DNA from: a virus | Lineage: Duplodnaviria; Heunggongvirae; Uroviricota; Caudoviricetes | Virus record (IMG/VR): IMGVR_UViG_3300032303_001313 | Location: 17,172 to 81,171 of that record | Length of the DNA stretch: 64,000 nt | Direction: 5' to 3' (one strand) | In this document: one piece after another, positions 48,201-56,938 of the stretch | Position numbering within the stretch: the stretch's first letter is position 1 | Layout of the letters: every line of letters starts with the position of its first letter | The notes under the pieces: model-generated | The model's input: the letters and a program-made list of their open reading frames with translations, nothing else | Database searches by the model: none | Told to the model about the DNA's origin: nothing | Position numbers and translations under genes: made by a program

Positions 48201-49984
48201 ACGGTAGAATTTCACCATATGTTAGATTTGATAATAGTCAATATTTATCATTTGGTAGTATCAATAGCGAAGATTTTACACAACAATTGATTACACCTAG
48301 TGGTATGATTCCAGACCTATGCGAATTTTTGGATAATACTGGTGATGATACAACTCTTGATTTTGTTAATATGGATGCGGATCGTCCAGATAATAATAAT
48401 ACTTCTAAACAGTGTGCATTCGTCAAATGTTCGCTAGATGAAAAGTTTTATATGCCGCCCAAAACATCAGTAAATCGTATTAATATTTATGGAGATACAA
48501 ACTGTACACCTAAAATAGTAAGACCTAAAAAAATATTCATTCCTTGTTCTGGTTGGAGAGATGGAATTGTTGGACAAACTCCACTAGTTGATGGAACTGG
48601 GGTATATGTAGATTCTTACAGATATTTAGAAAGTCATTATGTTGCAAATGATGCCATAATAACTGCTGCAAGTAGACTAACATTTAATAAGCAGTTTTAT
48701 CCAGTACTAAATTCATATTTAGTTAAAACAGAAATTTCTGATTTAGATACCAATTATGTTTACGCTTTGATTACATTACCAAATAAGATAATTCCAACAA
48801 AAGACGCTAGATATAGAGACTCTATTAATCAGAAACATAATGGATACCAAGTTAAGCATTATTTAACTATGGATGTTGTCAAGGGGCTTCCAGAATTTAA
48901 TTATCCTCCATATGTGAAAAAAGCAGCCGAAACAAATATTCTTGGAAATGATGCAAGATGCACAACTTTTCCAGCACAAATAAGAAGTATAGCATGGCTC
49001 GCTTCTAAAAAGGCGAAAGAAAATCTACAATTTGGATTATCATATAGTGTCGATATGGTTGCTCCATCACCAGTAATTCCAGATTTAGTTGTACTACCGC
49101 TTATTTCTCAAGAAAGATGTTATGGCCCGTGGGTTTCTTCGCAAGTTGATCCTCAAGGGACTGCATATTCCAATATTGGTGGTAGAGTAGAATTCATAAA
49201 AGATGAGAATCTTTCTCCTTGGAATTATGCTGGATATGAATTAATGCATAAGGCGGGTGTTCTACAGGCACAGTTTGCTAATAGTCTATTATTATTTTCA
49301 GAACGCGGTGGATTTAGTTACCCCGGATTGCCAACAACTTCGTTAGGTACTACGCTATTGTCTGATGGGCCTTTAGTAACAAATATATCTGTAGATATGT
49401 CAGACGGTGGCGTGAAAACAACATATAAGATGGATTTGTATACTTCTAGTTTTGGTAAACTACAAAAGCAAAAGCAGGATATGATTTCCAAAATTAGTAG
49501 AGAAAGACAAAAATTAAGAGATGAACGTAATGCACTTGTTCGTAAAGGTATTGGTAAAGCCCAAACAAACGTCAATACTATTGGGGAGATTAATCTATAT
49601 GGTAATGATGGCGTAAAACCTTCACAAACTTATTCTTCGCAAAACATTGTGGCTTCTGTGCTACAATATGAATCATCTTCATATGTACCCGCTATTCAAT
49701 CGTCTGAAACATATCCAAGCAAAGATAATGTACATTCTGCATCAATGAAAACTGATAATGAAATTACAGATATGATGAACACATTTGATGATGAAATACA
49801 AAGAAATGTAGCAGAATACAACGCCGGTTCTGCTTCAATGTCGGATATGTATCTACCTTATTCAAACGAGCCATATCACCCAAATATGGCTAATATACAA
49901 TATAGGGACTATAGGGCCACCAATAGACTTTATGAAACACCAGATTTCTTAATTGATGATGATAATATAACTCCACCAGTATGA
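45260..49984 (+). CDS. Large tail-tip/baseplate-hub-like protein
   Basis: Start at ATG 45260 (GAGGA RBS). QTFLGASIR.F...GFG.SSSTL...L N-terminus and VTNISVD....G.KTTY.M..Y C-terminus resemble hub proteins. Confidence 0.5.
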   Translation: MPDNVPSTNSLTNNIYGNSSSASVQSGIDGNSVMPASGYYGNNWPSRSGAVIPQGVSAGGWTVDPTTPNTFDRGYKQQTFLGASIRNFSMNGGFGDSSSTLSMELIADEYNKSDGNGIGYGDDPYHNGVNDNFVPPIAGSPVFFKFGPNLATVEEAYRNTFDKTYRYNTIGNRTIVSAAPFDKENFTSLANNQYVNLESNTVVDFSAYLNNPSRGADHITFGGILQSYVQNRGPGGNPLYSVQVTDPREILSNVVLVLNNYAGTVFNTQNVFNIYGFLEHNMTAATSGALQSQFRDYNVLTKYVNPTNGFISYSGSKDALAPLDCWFKQGMPLFGSSGNYQSFPLTGTGFSRRGPQGIPYYRVAQAVNALMSIDYTLPTEYKNRGFGKVINFRGYNYVVDFGGLPTLPSMYYLDFDQVNLLDLALEICEVTSRDLFVSLLPVINHPACQFLYNNQGSNQDTLIAGIIRLDSIDRSHAPVYGAIKRYIDSLSASGITVENQDVGYELSNVTTDKFVVGAQEVDMYCFSSNGDRDTSDVRTKRSGKDAESENWKQWTLDKQLEQQILPYYGTLGQNAVTIPKGWGAYQQILLDSTGLNAKGVGAYYVATEMELRCASVSYECWKNFLQQYNDIYLESIEDNDSVEGSALDQTPQLPGINLPVAPNISNNYAVTVPRSVFETYADQPFGKDKLPKSPCNPPYGYPLYYKRMTKIGIPEGGLTKLQARITGLLTASAQIRGADADSYQEIKNNLLKDLEYIVQEYGSLTPQEKDFYNALSTQLALPNPDFSILNNIEESLHKVNAIFPRLAKKGTENALKVYQFLKKIADENLGKKFLVRIPNKVNFNYENNVAWNGSAAAGKYKTGPFGFRPRSISANPGDDFSASFLSGYRSKSSKNMFSFLSNSTDANQNSYIGALKSNFNPVSEKFEFNYAPSNIGGYLPFDLYANTLTFQQISSLPVAAVPRAVSQGLVPQDITNFLDENGRISPYVRFDNSQYLSFGSINSEDFTQQLITPSGMIPDLCEFLDNTGDDTTLDFVNMDADRPDNNNTSKQCAFVKCSLDEKFYMPPKTSVNRINIYGDTNCTPKIVRPKKIFIPCSGWRDGIVGQTPLVDGTGVYVDSYRYLESHYVANDAIITAASRLTFNKQFYPVLNSYLVKTEISDLDTNYVYALITLPNKIIPTKDARYRDSINQKHNGYQVKHYLTMDVVKGLPEFNYPPYVKKAAETNILGNDARCTTFPAQIRSIAWLASKKAKENLQFGLSYSVDMVAPSPVIPDLVVLPLISQERCYGPWVSSQVDPQGTAYSNIGGRVEFIKDENLSPWNYAGYELMHKAGVLQAQFANSLLLFSERGGFSYPGLPTTSLGTTLLSDGPLVTNISVDMSDGGVKTTYKMDLYTSSFGKLQKQKQDMISKISRERQKLRDERNALVRKGIGKAQTNVNTIGEINLYGNDGVKPSQTYSSQNIVASVLQYESSSYVPAIQSSETYPSKDNVHSASMKTDNEITDMMNTFDDEIQRNVAEYNAGSASMSDMYLPYSNEPYHPNMANIQYRDYRATNRLYETPDFLIDDDNITPPV

Positions 49985-49993
49985 GGAATTAAA

Positions 49994-52900
49994 ATGTCGA
50001 TGTTTTCTAGACCGGGATCATCTGTTACTTACAATTACCATTCGTATATAACGGATAATACAACCCTACACAATATAGGATTAGCCTCCTATACTAGAAA
50101 TACATTGGATAAATTTGGAATGGAGCAAAGAAACGGTCAAACTCAACCATCTCTTAATAAAGATATTGCAGAGTATTTTGGTGGAGAAAATACTTTTCAA
50201 AATGTTAAAAGGGGATTATTGGGCGATCTTGCTACTCTCAGCATAATGAAGTTCGACAAAGAAAATCGTAACTACTTTTTGGCTACTAATAATGGACAGT
50301 CAGATGCTAGCAATATATTTTGGAGTCCTAGCGGTGACGGAGCCATTGTTGCTATTAGTCTTAAAGATTTTCAAGAGAAGTTCGATTCATATCAAAAAGG
50401 TTTCATTTCTGATCCAGTTCAAAAAGAGCGAATAAAAGAAGTATGGACAAATATTCAGACTAGTCTATCTGGATGTATTACTTTCAATATGAGTTATAAT
50501 ACTCTCGCCTGTCAACAAACATCAAACGTAAGATTATACTTTCAATCTGCTGGCAAATCAAAAAATGATAGAGGGATTGCATACAATGGCCCGCCAGTAA
50601 TTGCCGCTGTTCCATCCTCTGCAACTGGAAGACAATATTCTAACAACGGTCAGCAATCTACCCCTCCCGGCGTGTATCCTGCACCGTTTGAGGGCGGTGC
50701 TAACAACCCTCTAAACGCCGTGGCTGGCCCGTTAAAGGTTAATTATGACCCATCAACTGGAAAGTTTGAATCTGGAACCGTGCAGACTCTTGTTAGAGTT
50801 CTAACAGATATTGATGGAGTTCCATTAAAAGACAATCCTCCAGATGTAGATGCGGTTGATATAAGTCAGTATTACGAAGGAGAATTCTCATCTGAATTCA
50901 AAGTCGGATACGGCATGGTTGTTAGTGTTGAGAATGGTAATCCTCACTTATTTGGCCCCAATACTGCTTCTGCTTGTGGCCCGTCTAAGAAAGAAAAGAT
51001 TCTACTTGTTAATAGAACCCCGCGATCTTATGCAAAGGGAGAGATTGTACTAGCAAGTTTAATCAACGGCGAATGGATTCCTATGGGATTTGGTTTGCCT
51101 AAAACGGTTTCAAAGAAGTTTGATACTAAATGGTCGCAAATTCAGAAGTATATAGTTGATGCAAAATCGTTCTTTAGGGATCAAAGCGATACTAAAGATA
51201 TATTGTCAGCAGAATATGAAAACATTGTAAGGTTCAAGTTCTATTCGTCTTTGGCTACATCAACAATTATGCAGTCTCAAGGACAACATAACAATCTAGA
51301 TAGATTAGCAGTTCTTAACTTATTGCAACCCAGCGAAGGAAATTACTCTATATCTGCTGGGGCAATTATGGTAAATGTTACAAATCTAGAAAGTATTCCT
51401 AATTATGCATTTAATATGAATACTATTCCTAGTACTGGATATCTTCCTATATTTGACGCTGATGTTATAAAAAATACTTTAGGTGGCAATAATACTAAAA
51501 ATCAGTTAACTTATACAAACATATCTCATACAGACCCGGATGTTGATAATGATATTTGGGCCGGGAAAGTTAAATCAAGTTGGGGTATGTATTTCCCAGA
51601 CGGTTATGCTTCTTCAACTGTAAATCGTGTTAAGACGAATAAAGGTATCAATAGTAAGTTTCAAACAATTCCTAATGGAACAACTATTCCTATTTATAAT
51701 GGTGGAACGCTTGATTTTTCTGCTTCTGCAAACGATCAGTTTTCAATTTTAGATAGTCAGTTATATCATTTACCAGCACAGTTTGCATTGAATGCCTCTG
51801 GTAATCAAAGTTTATATTTACCGTTATTGTGGGGTTGGCAGTCTAAAGATGGATCATATTGTAATAATTTATTGTCATATATGAATGACCCAATAAAAGG
51901 AGATTATTTATCTACTAGTATTGGTCAAGATGCTTATGCACTTGCTCCATTAAATGCTACCTCTGTTCAATTTACTCCATTATCTATAGGTTTAACATTA
52001 TGTAGTACACAAGTAGTAGGATCAAAATATAATAGATTGGCTATGCATCTTGATTTTGATAATAGAAATGCTAGTAATCTTGGTAAAGCGTGGATTAGAT
52101 TAAAATCTCCGGGGCTTGGATTTTTAATAGGTACTGACGATGCAACCAGAGGAAATATAGGTTTTTCTGATAGACTGCTCAAAATTAATCCTAATGGATT
52201 AGTTACTATCGATGCTCCAGATAGAGGCGGTGCTACTAAACCTGACGGCGATCCCGAGATTCTACCAAAATTAAGCACTGGAGTAGGACATTCTAATGTA
52301 GTCGGAGTCATTGGTTCTATGGCTACTATAAACTTGCCCGCTGGAGGTCAGTTAAGTCTAAAAACAAACAACAACTTTGGATTAACTGCATGGAGCATGA
52401 TTACTCAGGCTAATGGTGGTATGTCGTGGGTATTTACTGGAACTCAATTGTTTGGTAATGACACTGGTGGACAAAGTAGAAAATATGATAATGTATCGTG
52501 GGGTGCTAGTGACGAGAAAATAAACGCTTTTGGTACAACATCACTTAGATGTAAGATTTATGACCATTGCCCCAATACTATTTATGATGCTAGATATTTC
52601 TGTCCATTACAATTCAATGGTAAAGAAACTAGTTTAGAATTTGACATTCCCGGTACTAATTCAACAACCCCACTACCAGTTAATACTGTAGTGAATAGTT
52701 CTATACCAAATATTGTAACTGTTAAGAATTCTATTAGAAAGAATATGTTACTTACTGGCGGTGGATTCTATTACATTAGAAATGTTATTGGTGCTAATGA
52801 AATAGAAATAGTTAATGGTGGAGAAGGATTTAGTGTTAATGATACTTTCCAATTCCCCGGATTAGAAAGTGCTTACTTTATAGTCACAGAAGTAGGAGAA

Positions 52901-53371
52901 AATGGAAAGATAGCATCTGCATCGGTTAATACAAATAAGACTATAGATAATCAGATTTTGGGTATAAAAGCATATGGTAGATTTGGATGGTCTACTGGCA
53001 ATCCATTTAGAAATAGAATTGCTGCTACCAACTTTACTAGAAGTGATACTTCCGCTCCATACGAGCAACCAGAAATATATCTAAAATCTGGCAGGGTAAT
53101 AGAAAGGGTCGAAGTAGACAGAATAAATCAGCATGGAACTGAAATCATTCTTACCCCTCCAGATAACAATGGAAATGGGGATACAGTGGGACACGTTTTA
53201 GCATCAAAAACATCTAATTTCAATCTTGGTACAAATTCCACTGGAAAGTATGATATTTTCTTCTTTTTCGTAAATGACATCCAAAATTACCCGGAAAATT
53301 CTATGGGAGTCAGTGCTGCTATCGGGGATGTTTTTGCTCAGTATGTAAAACTAGAAATGAGTGCAACTTAA
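49994..53371 (+). CDS. Large virion structural protein (tail tip/central fibre)
   Basis: GAGGA RBS; C-terminal I.NGG.GF.V.D...G...F.VT.V...G.I motif seen in phage tail proteins. Confidence 0.5.
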   Translation: MSMFSRPGSSVTYNYHSYITDNTTLHNIGLASYTRNTLDKFGMEQRNGQTQPSLNKDIAEYFGGENTFQNVKRGLLGDLATLSIMKFDKENRNYFLATNNGQSDASNIFWSPSGDGAIVAISLKDFQEKFDSYQKGFISDPVQKERIKEVWTNIQTSLSGCITFNMSYNTLACQQTSNVRLYFQSAGKSKNDRGIAYNGPPVIAAVPSSATGRQYSNNGQQSTPPGVYPAPFEGGANNPLNAVAGPLKVNYDPSTGKFESGTVQTLVRVLTDIDGVPLKDNPPDVDAVDISQYYEGEFSSEFKVGYGMVVSVENGNPHLFGPNTASACGPSKKEKILLVNRTPRSYAKGEIVLASLINGEWIPMGFGLPKTVSKKFDTKWSQIQKYIVDAKSFFRDQSDTKDILSAEYENIVRFKFYSSLATSTIMQSQGQHNNLDRLAVLNLLQPSEGNYSISAGAIMVNVTNLESIPNYAFNMNTIPSTGYLPIFDADVIKNTLGGNNTKNQLTYTNISHTDPDVDNDIWAGKVKSSWGMYFPDGYASSTVNRVKTNKGINSKFQTIPNGTTIPIYNGGTLDFSASANDQFSILDSQLYHLPAQFALNASGNQSLYLPLLWGWQSKDGSYCNNLLSYMNDPIKGDYLSTSIGQDAYALAPLNATSVQFTPLSIGLTLCSTQVVGSKYNRLAMHLDFDNRNASNLGKAWIRLKSPGLGFLIGTDDATRGNIGFSDRLLKINPNGLVTIDAPDRGGATKPDGDPEILPKLSTGVGHSNVVGVIGSMATINLPAGGQLSLKTNNNFGLTAWSMITQANGGMSWVFTGTQLFGNDTGGQSRKYDNVSWGASDEKINAFGTTSLRCKIYDHCPNTIYDARYFCPLQFNGKETSLEFDIPGTNSTTPLPVNTVVNSSIPNIVTVKNSIRKNMLLTGGGFYYIRNVIGANEIEIVNGGEGFSVNDTFQFPGLESAYFIVTEVGENGKIASASVNTNKTIDNQILGIKAYGRFGWSTGNPFRNRIAATNFTRSDTSAPYEQPEIYLKSGRVIERVEVDRINQHGTEIILTPPDNNGNGDTVGHVLASKTSNFNLGTNSTGKYDIFFFFVNDIQNYPENSMGVSAAIGDVFAQYVKLEMSAT

Positions 53372-53376
53372 TAAAC

Positions 53377-53383
53377 GTGTATA
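53377..53383 (+). promoter_or_regulatory. GTGTATA motif, putative late promoter
   Basis: Intergenic, upstream of ATG 53420. Confidence 0.55.
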
Positions 53384-53419
53384 TTAGGTTGTGTAATCAA
53401 CGATTAAAGGGAGATTTTT

Positions 53420-54157
53420 ATGGCTGAAATCAAATTCTATGCTAATATTTTGGGTGATACAAATGGTACTCTAATTGAGCATACCCTTGGGTCTGGCATT
53501 GGTTTCTACGGTTCATCTTTCGGTATTTCAGTACCAGTTGGGTCGCAGCAACAGTCAACCTATGTTACTAATGCTAATGGCACTACGGAAGGTGCTAGAT
53601 TAAACAATACCTCTATGGTTACAAGTGGAACTCTATCTGAGGCCGGAAGAGTTTCAATTAATGGTGGAGAATCAAAAAGTCTAAATAATCTACCAAACTA
53701 TCTATGTCCACTAAATATTCGTTTTTCACACAATACTCCAGTAAGAGTACAGAATTGTAAACTTCGTATATTCGACCGTAATAACATAGCAAATGCCGCA
53801 AGCGGTGTCACAACTTGGGTTTATGAAGCCCGCCACCCATCTACAAATCAAACAGTAACCAGCCTAGGATTCCGAGCAAATAAAGATAACACAGCAAGCG
53901 AAGGTTACAGATGGGCAGAGTTTGATTTATCTGCTGCTGGTCAAGATATGTCGTTTACAAATTCTCCCGGCGTAAGTGGTCTAAATACAGACAATACAGA
54001 CGCTTCGCTTACTCAGGGAACTTTAGGATGGCAATCAAATAGTGGAATCAATCTTGTTTCAACTCGCCACGATTGGTATGTAGCACTAAGTTCGCAACCA
54101 GAAAGCATCGGGGCTAAAACTAATTACGGACTCTACTTTACGGTGGAATACCTATGA
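53420..54157 (+). CDS. Putative virion structural protein
   Basis: Late-type motif and GGGAG RBS upstream; Gly/Ser/Thr-rich beta protein. Confidence 0.55.
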   Translation: MAEIKFYANILGDTNGTLIEHTLGSGIGFYGSSFGISVPVGSQQQSTYVTNANGTTEGARLNNTSMVTSGTLSEAGRVSINGGESKSLNNLPNYLCPLNIRFSHNTPVRVQNCKLRIFDRNNIANAASGVTTWVYEARHPSTNQTVTSLGFRANKDNTASEGYRWAEFDLSAAGQDMSFTNSPGVSGLNTDNTDASLTQGTLGWQSNSGINLVSTRHDWYVALSSQPESIGAKTNYGLYFTVEYL

Positions 54158-54249
54158 AAGACCCTATTAACAAATTCATATTCATAATGAGTTCAATAGG
54201 GGTTATTATTGGTTCTTTTATTAGTTGGTTTTTGCTATACATGAAATGA
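54154..54249 (+). CDS. 31-aa single-pass membrane peptide (not in ORF track)
   Basis: ATGA overlap with the upstream stop; MKDPINKFIFIMSSIGVIIGSFISWFLLYMK. Confidence 0.45.
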   Translation: MKDPINKFIFIMSSIGVIIGSFISWFLLYMK

Positions 54250-54273
54250 AAAAAGGGGCGGTTTCCCGCCCCT
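54249..54273 (-). terminator. Intrinsic terminator of the minus-strand operon
   Basis: On the - strand: AGGGGCGG-GAAA-CCGCCCCT followed by a T run; sits at the convergence of the two transcription units. Confidence 0.85.
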
Positions 54274-54302
54274 ACAATCATCCATGCTTTCCTTTTGTGT
54301 TC

Positions 54303-54626
54303 TCAATCCGTCGCTCCAAGCGACCGTAAAATCCTTGCCGCTTTTAGTAGATCGACGTTGATAGCACCACCGTTCTCGTCCCGCACTTGTAGACGCGATT
54401 TACCGTCCGATCCAGAAATGATCGCCCAGCCGTAGATACCTTCCTTACTACGAGCGCCAACCCATGCACTATCTCCTTCAACAGCCAACGTAATATGTTG
54501 ACCGCTTCTGCCAAAGAAAACGTACTTGTTATCACCGCTGGCATCAATAGCCAAAGGTGAAGGCCAAGCCGCCGCTATACATAGAGAACATAAAACCGAA
54601 AGAACGCAAGCGTAAACGGTTCTCAT
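54303..54626 (-). CDS. Small exported protein (signal peptide)
   Basis: AGGAG RBS supports the second Met (54626); MRTVYACVLSVLCSLCIAAAW is a signal-peptide-like N-terminus. Confidence 0.6.
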   Translation of the reverse strand: MRTVYACVLSVLCSLCIAAAWPSPLAIDASGDNKYVFFGRSGQHITLAVEGDSAWVGARSKEGIYGWAIISGSDGKSRLQVRDENGGAINVDLLKAARILRSLGATD

Positions 54627-54661
54627 TTGAAAACTCCTTATGTTAAAAACTGAATCGAATC

Positions 54662-54997
54662 TCATTCTGCTTTCTCAGTCTTAGGGTTCCACTTGACCCA
54701 ACCGTTATGCTCTAGCCACTTTCCTTCTGCATCCTTACGTTTGGGGAACAAGCCGCCACCCTTCTTATGAACACCGAATGATAGTCTAGCACCACACTTT
54801 GTACAGCGTAGTTCATAATACTGATTATCATCTACTGTTCTTACAACAAAGCGGATATCTTCCGATCCACACTTTCCGCAAGTAGTTTCCTCAAAAACCT
54901 CTTGGAATCTACTTAGTTCCGTGAATAAATCCTTCTGTGACTCACCCTCTAATTCTCCGCTTAATCTACCATTCTTACTTGTATATGTAATTTTCAT
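54662..54997 (-). CDS. Zinc-ribbon protein
   Basis: CGKC...ELRCTKC (two CxxC pairs). Confidence 0.7.
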   Translation of the reverse strand: MKITYTSKNGRLSGELEGESQKDLFTELSRFQEVFEETTCGKCGSEDIRFVVRTVDDNQYYELRCTKCGARLSFGVHKKGGGLFPKRKDAEGKWLEHNGWVKWNPKTEKAE

Positions 54998-55740
54998 TTA
55001 CGCCACTCCTGTTGATAACCTGTTACTTCTTTTGGAATTGAATTCTTATCACGCTGATAGTCGTTTAGTTTATCAATGATTTCACTAGCGACCTTTTTAG
55101 AAACCTTTTTCCTACTATCTACACCGCAAATTATAAATAGTTTCTCTCCATCGATGTTGAGTTGCTTACACTTAACATCAATATAGTTGAATTGTGCATC
55201 ACTTATTCCAGACTGATCGTTATATTCTCCCTCGCTAGCACTTGTAGCGTTGGAAATTGATCGAACAATCTTTGCGGTATCTTTCTTAGTCAGTTCTTCC
55301 GCAGCAACACCCTTAATCTTTAGAGCCTTTCTTAATGCTCTGGCTTCTGCTCTAGTGCTAGCAATAGCGACGGCATATGCACAGAAATTATCATCTGTGT
55401 TACCTTCCCAAGAGTCTGCAACTTCTGCGTATCTAATACCGCCCTCAAATTCTACAGTAAAGACTACTGTTGCTCTACCATGATGATCGTCACGCTGAAC
55501 TGGGAACACCTGTGTAGGGCCGCTGTAGACGATTCTGCCTAGCGTTAATTCAGCAACACGCCTTAGACCCGCTACAAGGGGATGACCATCAACAATCTCT
55601 GATGCGTCAAAAAGACTCATGGCATAATCATGCCACTCTGGACTTAGCATATGCGGAGCATCTACCATAACAACGTTCTTTACTGAGGTATCTGTATTGC
55701 TAGGTGTTTCTAATTGTACATCATTGAATAAATTACTCAT
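54994..55740 (-). CDS. Rad52/Sak-like single-strand annealing protein
   Basis: GLRRVAE...RATV.FTVEF.......AD.......A.AIASTRAEARALRKAL core plus C-terminal ISDAQ..YI helix. Confidence 0.55.
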   Translation of the reverse strand: MSNLFNDVQLETPSNTDTSVKNVVMVDAPHMLSPEWHDYAMSLFDASEIVDGHPLVAGLRRVAELTLGRIVYSGPTQVFPVQRDDHHGRATVVFTVEFEGGIRYAEVADSWEGNTDDNFCAYAVAIASTRAEARALRKALKIKGVAAEELTKKDTAKIVRSISNATSASEGEYNDQSGISDAQFNYIDVKCKQLNIDGEKLFIICGVDSRKKVSKKVASEIIDKLNDYQRDKNSIPKEVTGYQQEWRK

Positions 55741-56504
55741 ATCTCTATTTCTATATACCTTTCTGATTTTGCAGGAAACGATTTCTCTATTATACTCAAA
55801 CGTTTTAGAATGTCAAGTCTCAACTTTTCCCTGTCTGCTAAACACACAGAATCCGACAAGTTTTTAATTCTTATGATTACCATACCTTTACTCAAAATCA
55901 AACCCGTCTTTTGTGTGTCTGCTTTAATTTGCTTTTGTAATTTCTCTTCTCCCCATATGGGCAAGAAGTGAGAAGGCCCGTCTACCTCTATGATAGTCTT
56001 GAGGGCAGGAATGTACATATCCAACTCCATATCTTGGTTTTGGATCAGTTGCTTTTTATGATACTGAACAGTGTACCCGCCCTTTGTAATTTCTTCATAA
56101 ATGAATTTCTCAAGTTTGGAACCTTCTTTACCAGCAATTTGTATGCTCTTGATAGCGGCGGTCATCATTTTGTCTTTATCAATATCAGACATATTTTCCC
56201 AACGGGTTTTAGATTGCTGGACTCTAGCATCATATATTTCTTGGGACATATTATCCCAATAGTTCTTTAGCCCCGAACTAATCTTTAATTTCTCTTCTTG
56301 TGTTCTTTCTTTACCATCTGTTGGATGCTTTGCTGTGCCATTTTCAATAGCATTCTTTTGGGCTTCACTTTTAGTTTTAAGTACAACCCCTTGCTTTATT
56401 AAAATACGTCTAATTCTATTTGGATAGGTATTGAATTTCTCAGCAATTTCATATGTACTTTTATCTTGTTCTGTGTACATAGTAACGACTTGGTTTATAT
56501 TCAT
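55737..56504 (-). CDS. HTH/NUMOD3 plus Vsr-like (DUF559-type) endonuclease; possible homing endonuclease
   Basis: N-terminal HTH (STYEIAEKFNTYPNRIRRIL), HPT.GK.RT.EEK.KIS motif, C-terminal ELDMYIP....IEVDGPSHF. Confidence 0.7.
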   Translation of the reverse strand: MNINQVVTMYTEQDKSTYEIAEKFNTYPNRIRRILIKQGVVLKTKSEAQKNAIENGTAKHPTDGKERTQEEKLKISSGLKNYWDNMSQEIYDARVQQSKTRWENMSDIDKDKMMTAAIKSIQIAGKEGSKLEKFIYEEITKGGYTVQYHKKQLIQNQDMELDMYIPALKTIIEVDGPSHFLPIWGEEKLQKQIKADTQKTGLILSKGMVIIRIKNLSDSVCLADREKLRLDILKRLSIIEKSFPAKSERYIEIEI

Positions 56505-56938
56505 TGTATTTCCTGTAAGGCTAAGTTATCAAAATTCTCTGAAATTCCTAAGACATTTAAGCCCGTAAGTCTATATATTTGTTTTGCTTCACGTTCTGAT
56601 CTAGCGTAGACTTTGATGTTAGAATTCTGTAATAACATTACAAAGTCGAGAGCATTATCTATTTTTTCCCACCCATTATAATAGACAATGTTTATCTTAT
56701 TTACAACCTTGAGTGCTGTAGCCAACGAGCGTAAAGATGTTACTATTAAAGTCCCGCTAAAACTCCACAACTCAGTAGAGTTAAACATACCGCACTTTGT
56801 TTGATCTGGATTGAATGCAATATTGTCATAGAAAATACTAATATCCTTGACATTGGCTGCATTTTTTTCTACGAACTTATTGATCTGAGTTAACTGATCA
56901 GTATCCATGAGATTTGAAATGTAGATTCCTAGATTCAT
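56501..56938 (-). CDS. Hypothetical protein, possibly a partial GT-like Rossmann domain
   Basis: Coupled by ATGA overlaps within the glyco cluster; alternating beta/alpha pattern. Confidence 0.5.
   Translation of the reverse strand: MNLGIYISNLMDTDQLTQINKFVEKNAANVKDISIFYDNIAFNPDQTKCGMFNSTELWSFSGTLIVTSLRSLATALKVVNKINIVYYNGWEKIDNALDFVMLLQNSNIKVYARSEREAKQIYRLTGLNVLGISENFDNLALQEIQ

Noticed and set aside
55968-56270. 100-aa plus-strand ORF
   Set aside because: Antisense to the well-supported Vsr-like endonuclease; no motifs.
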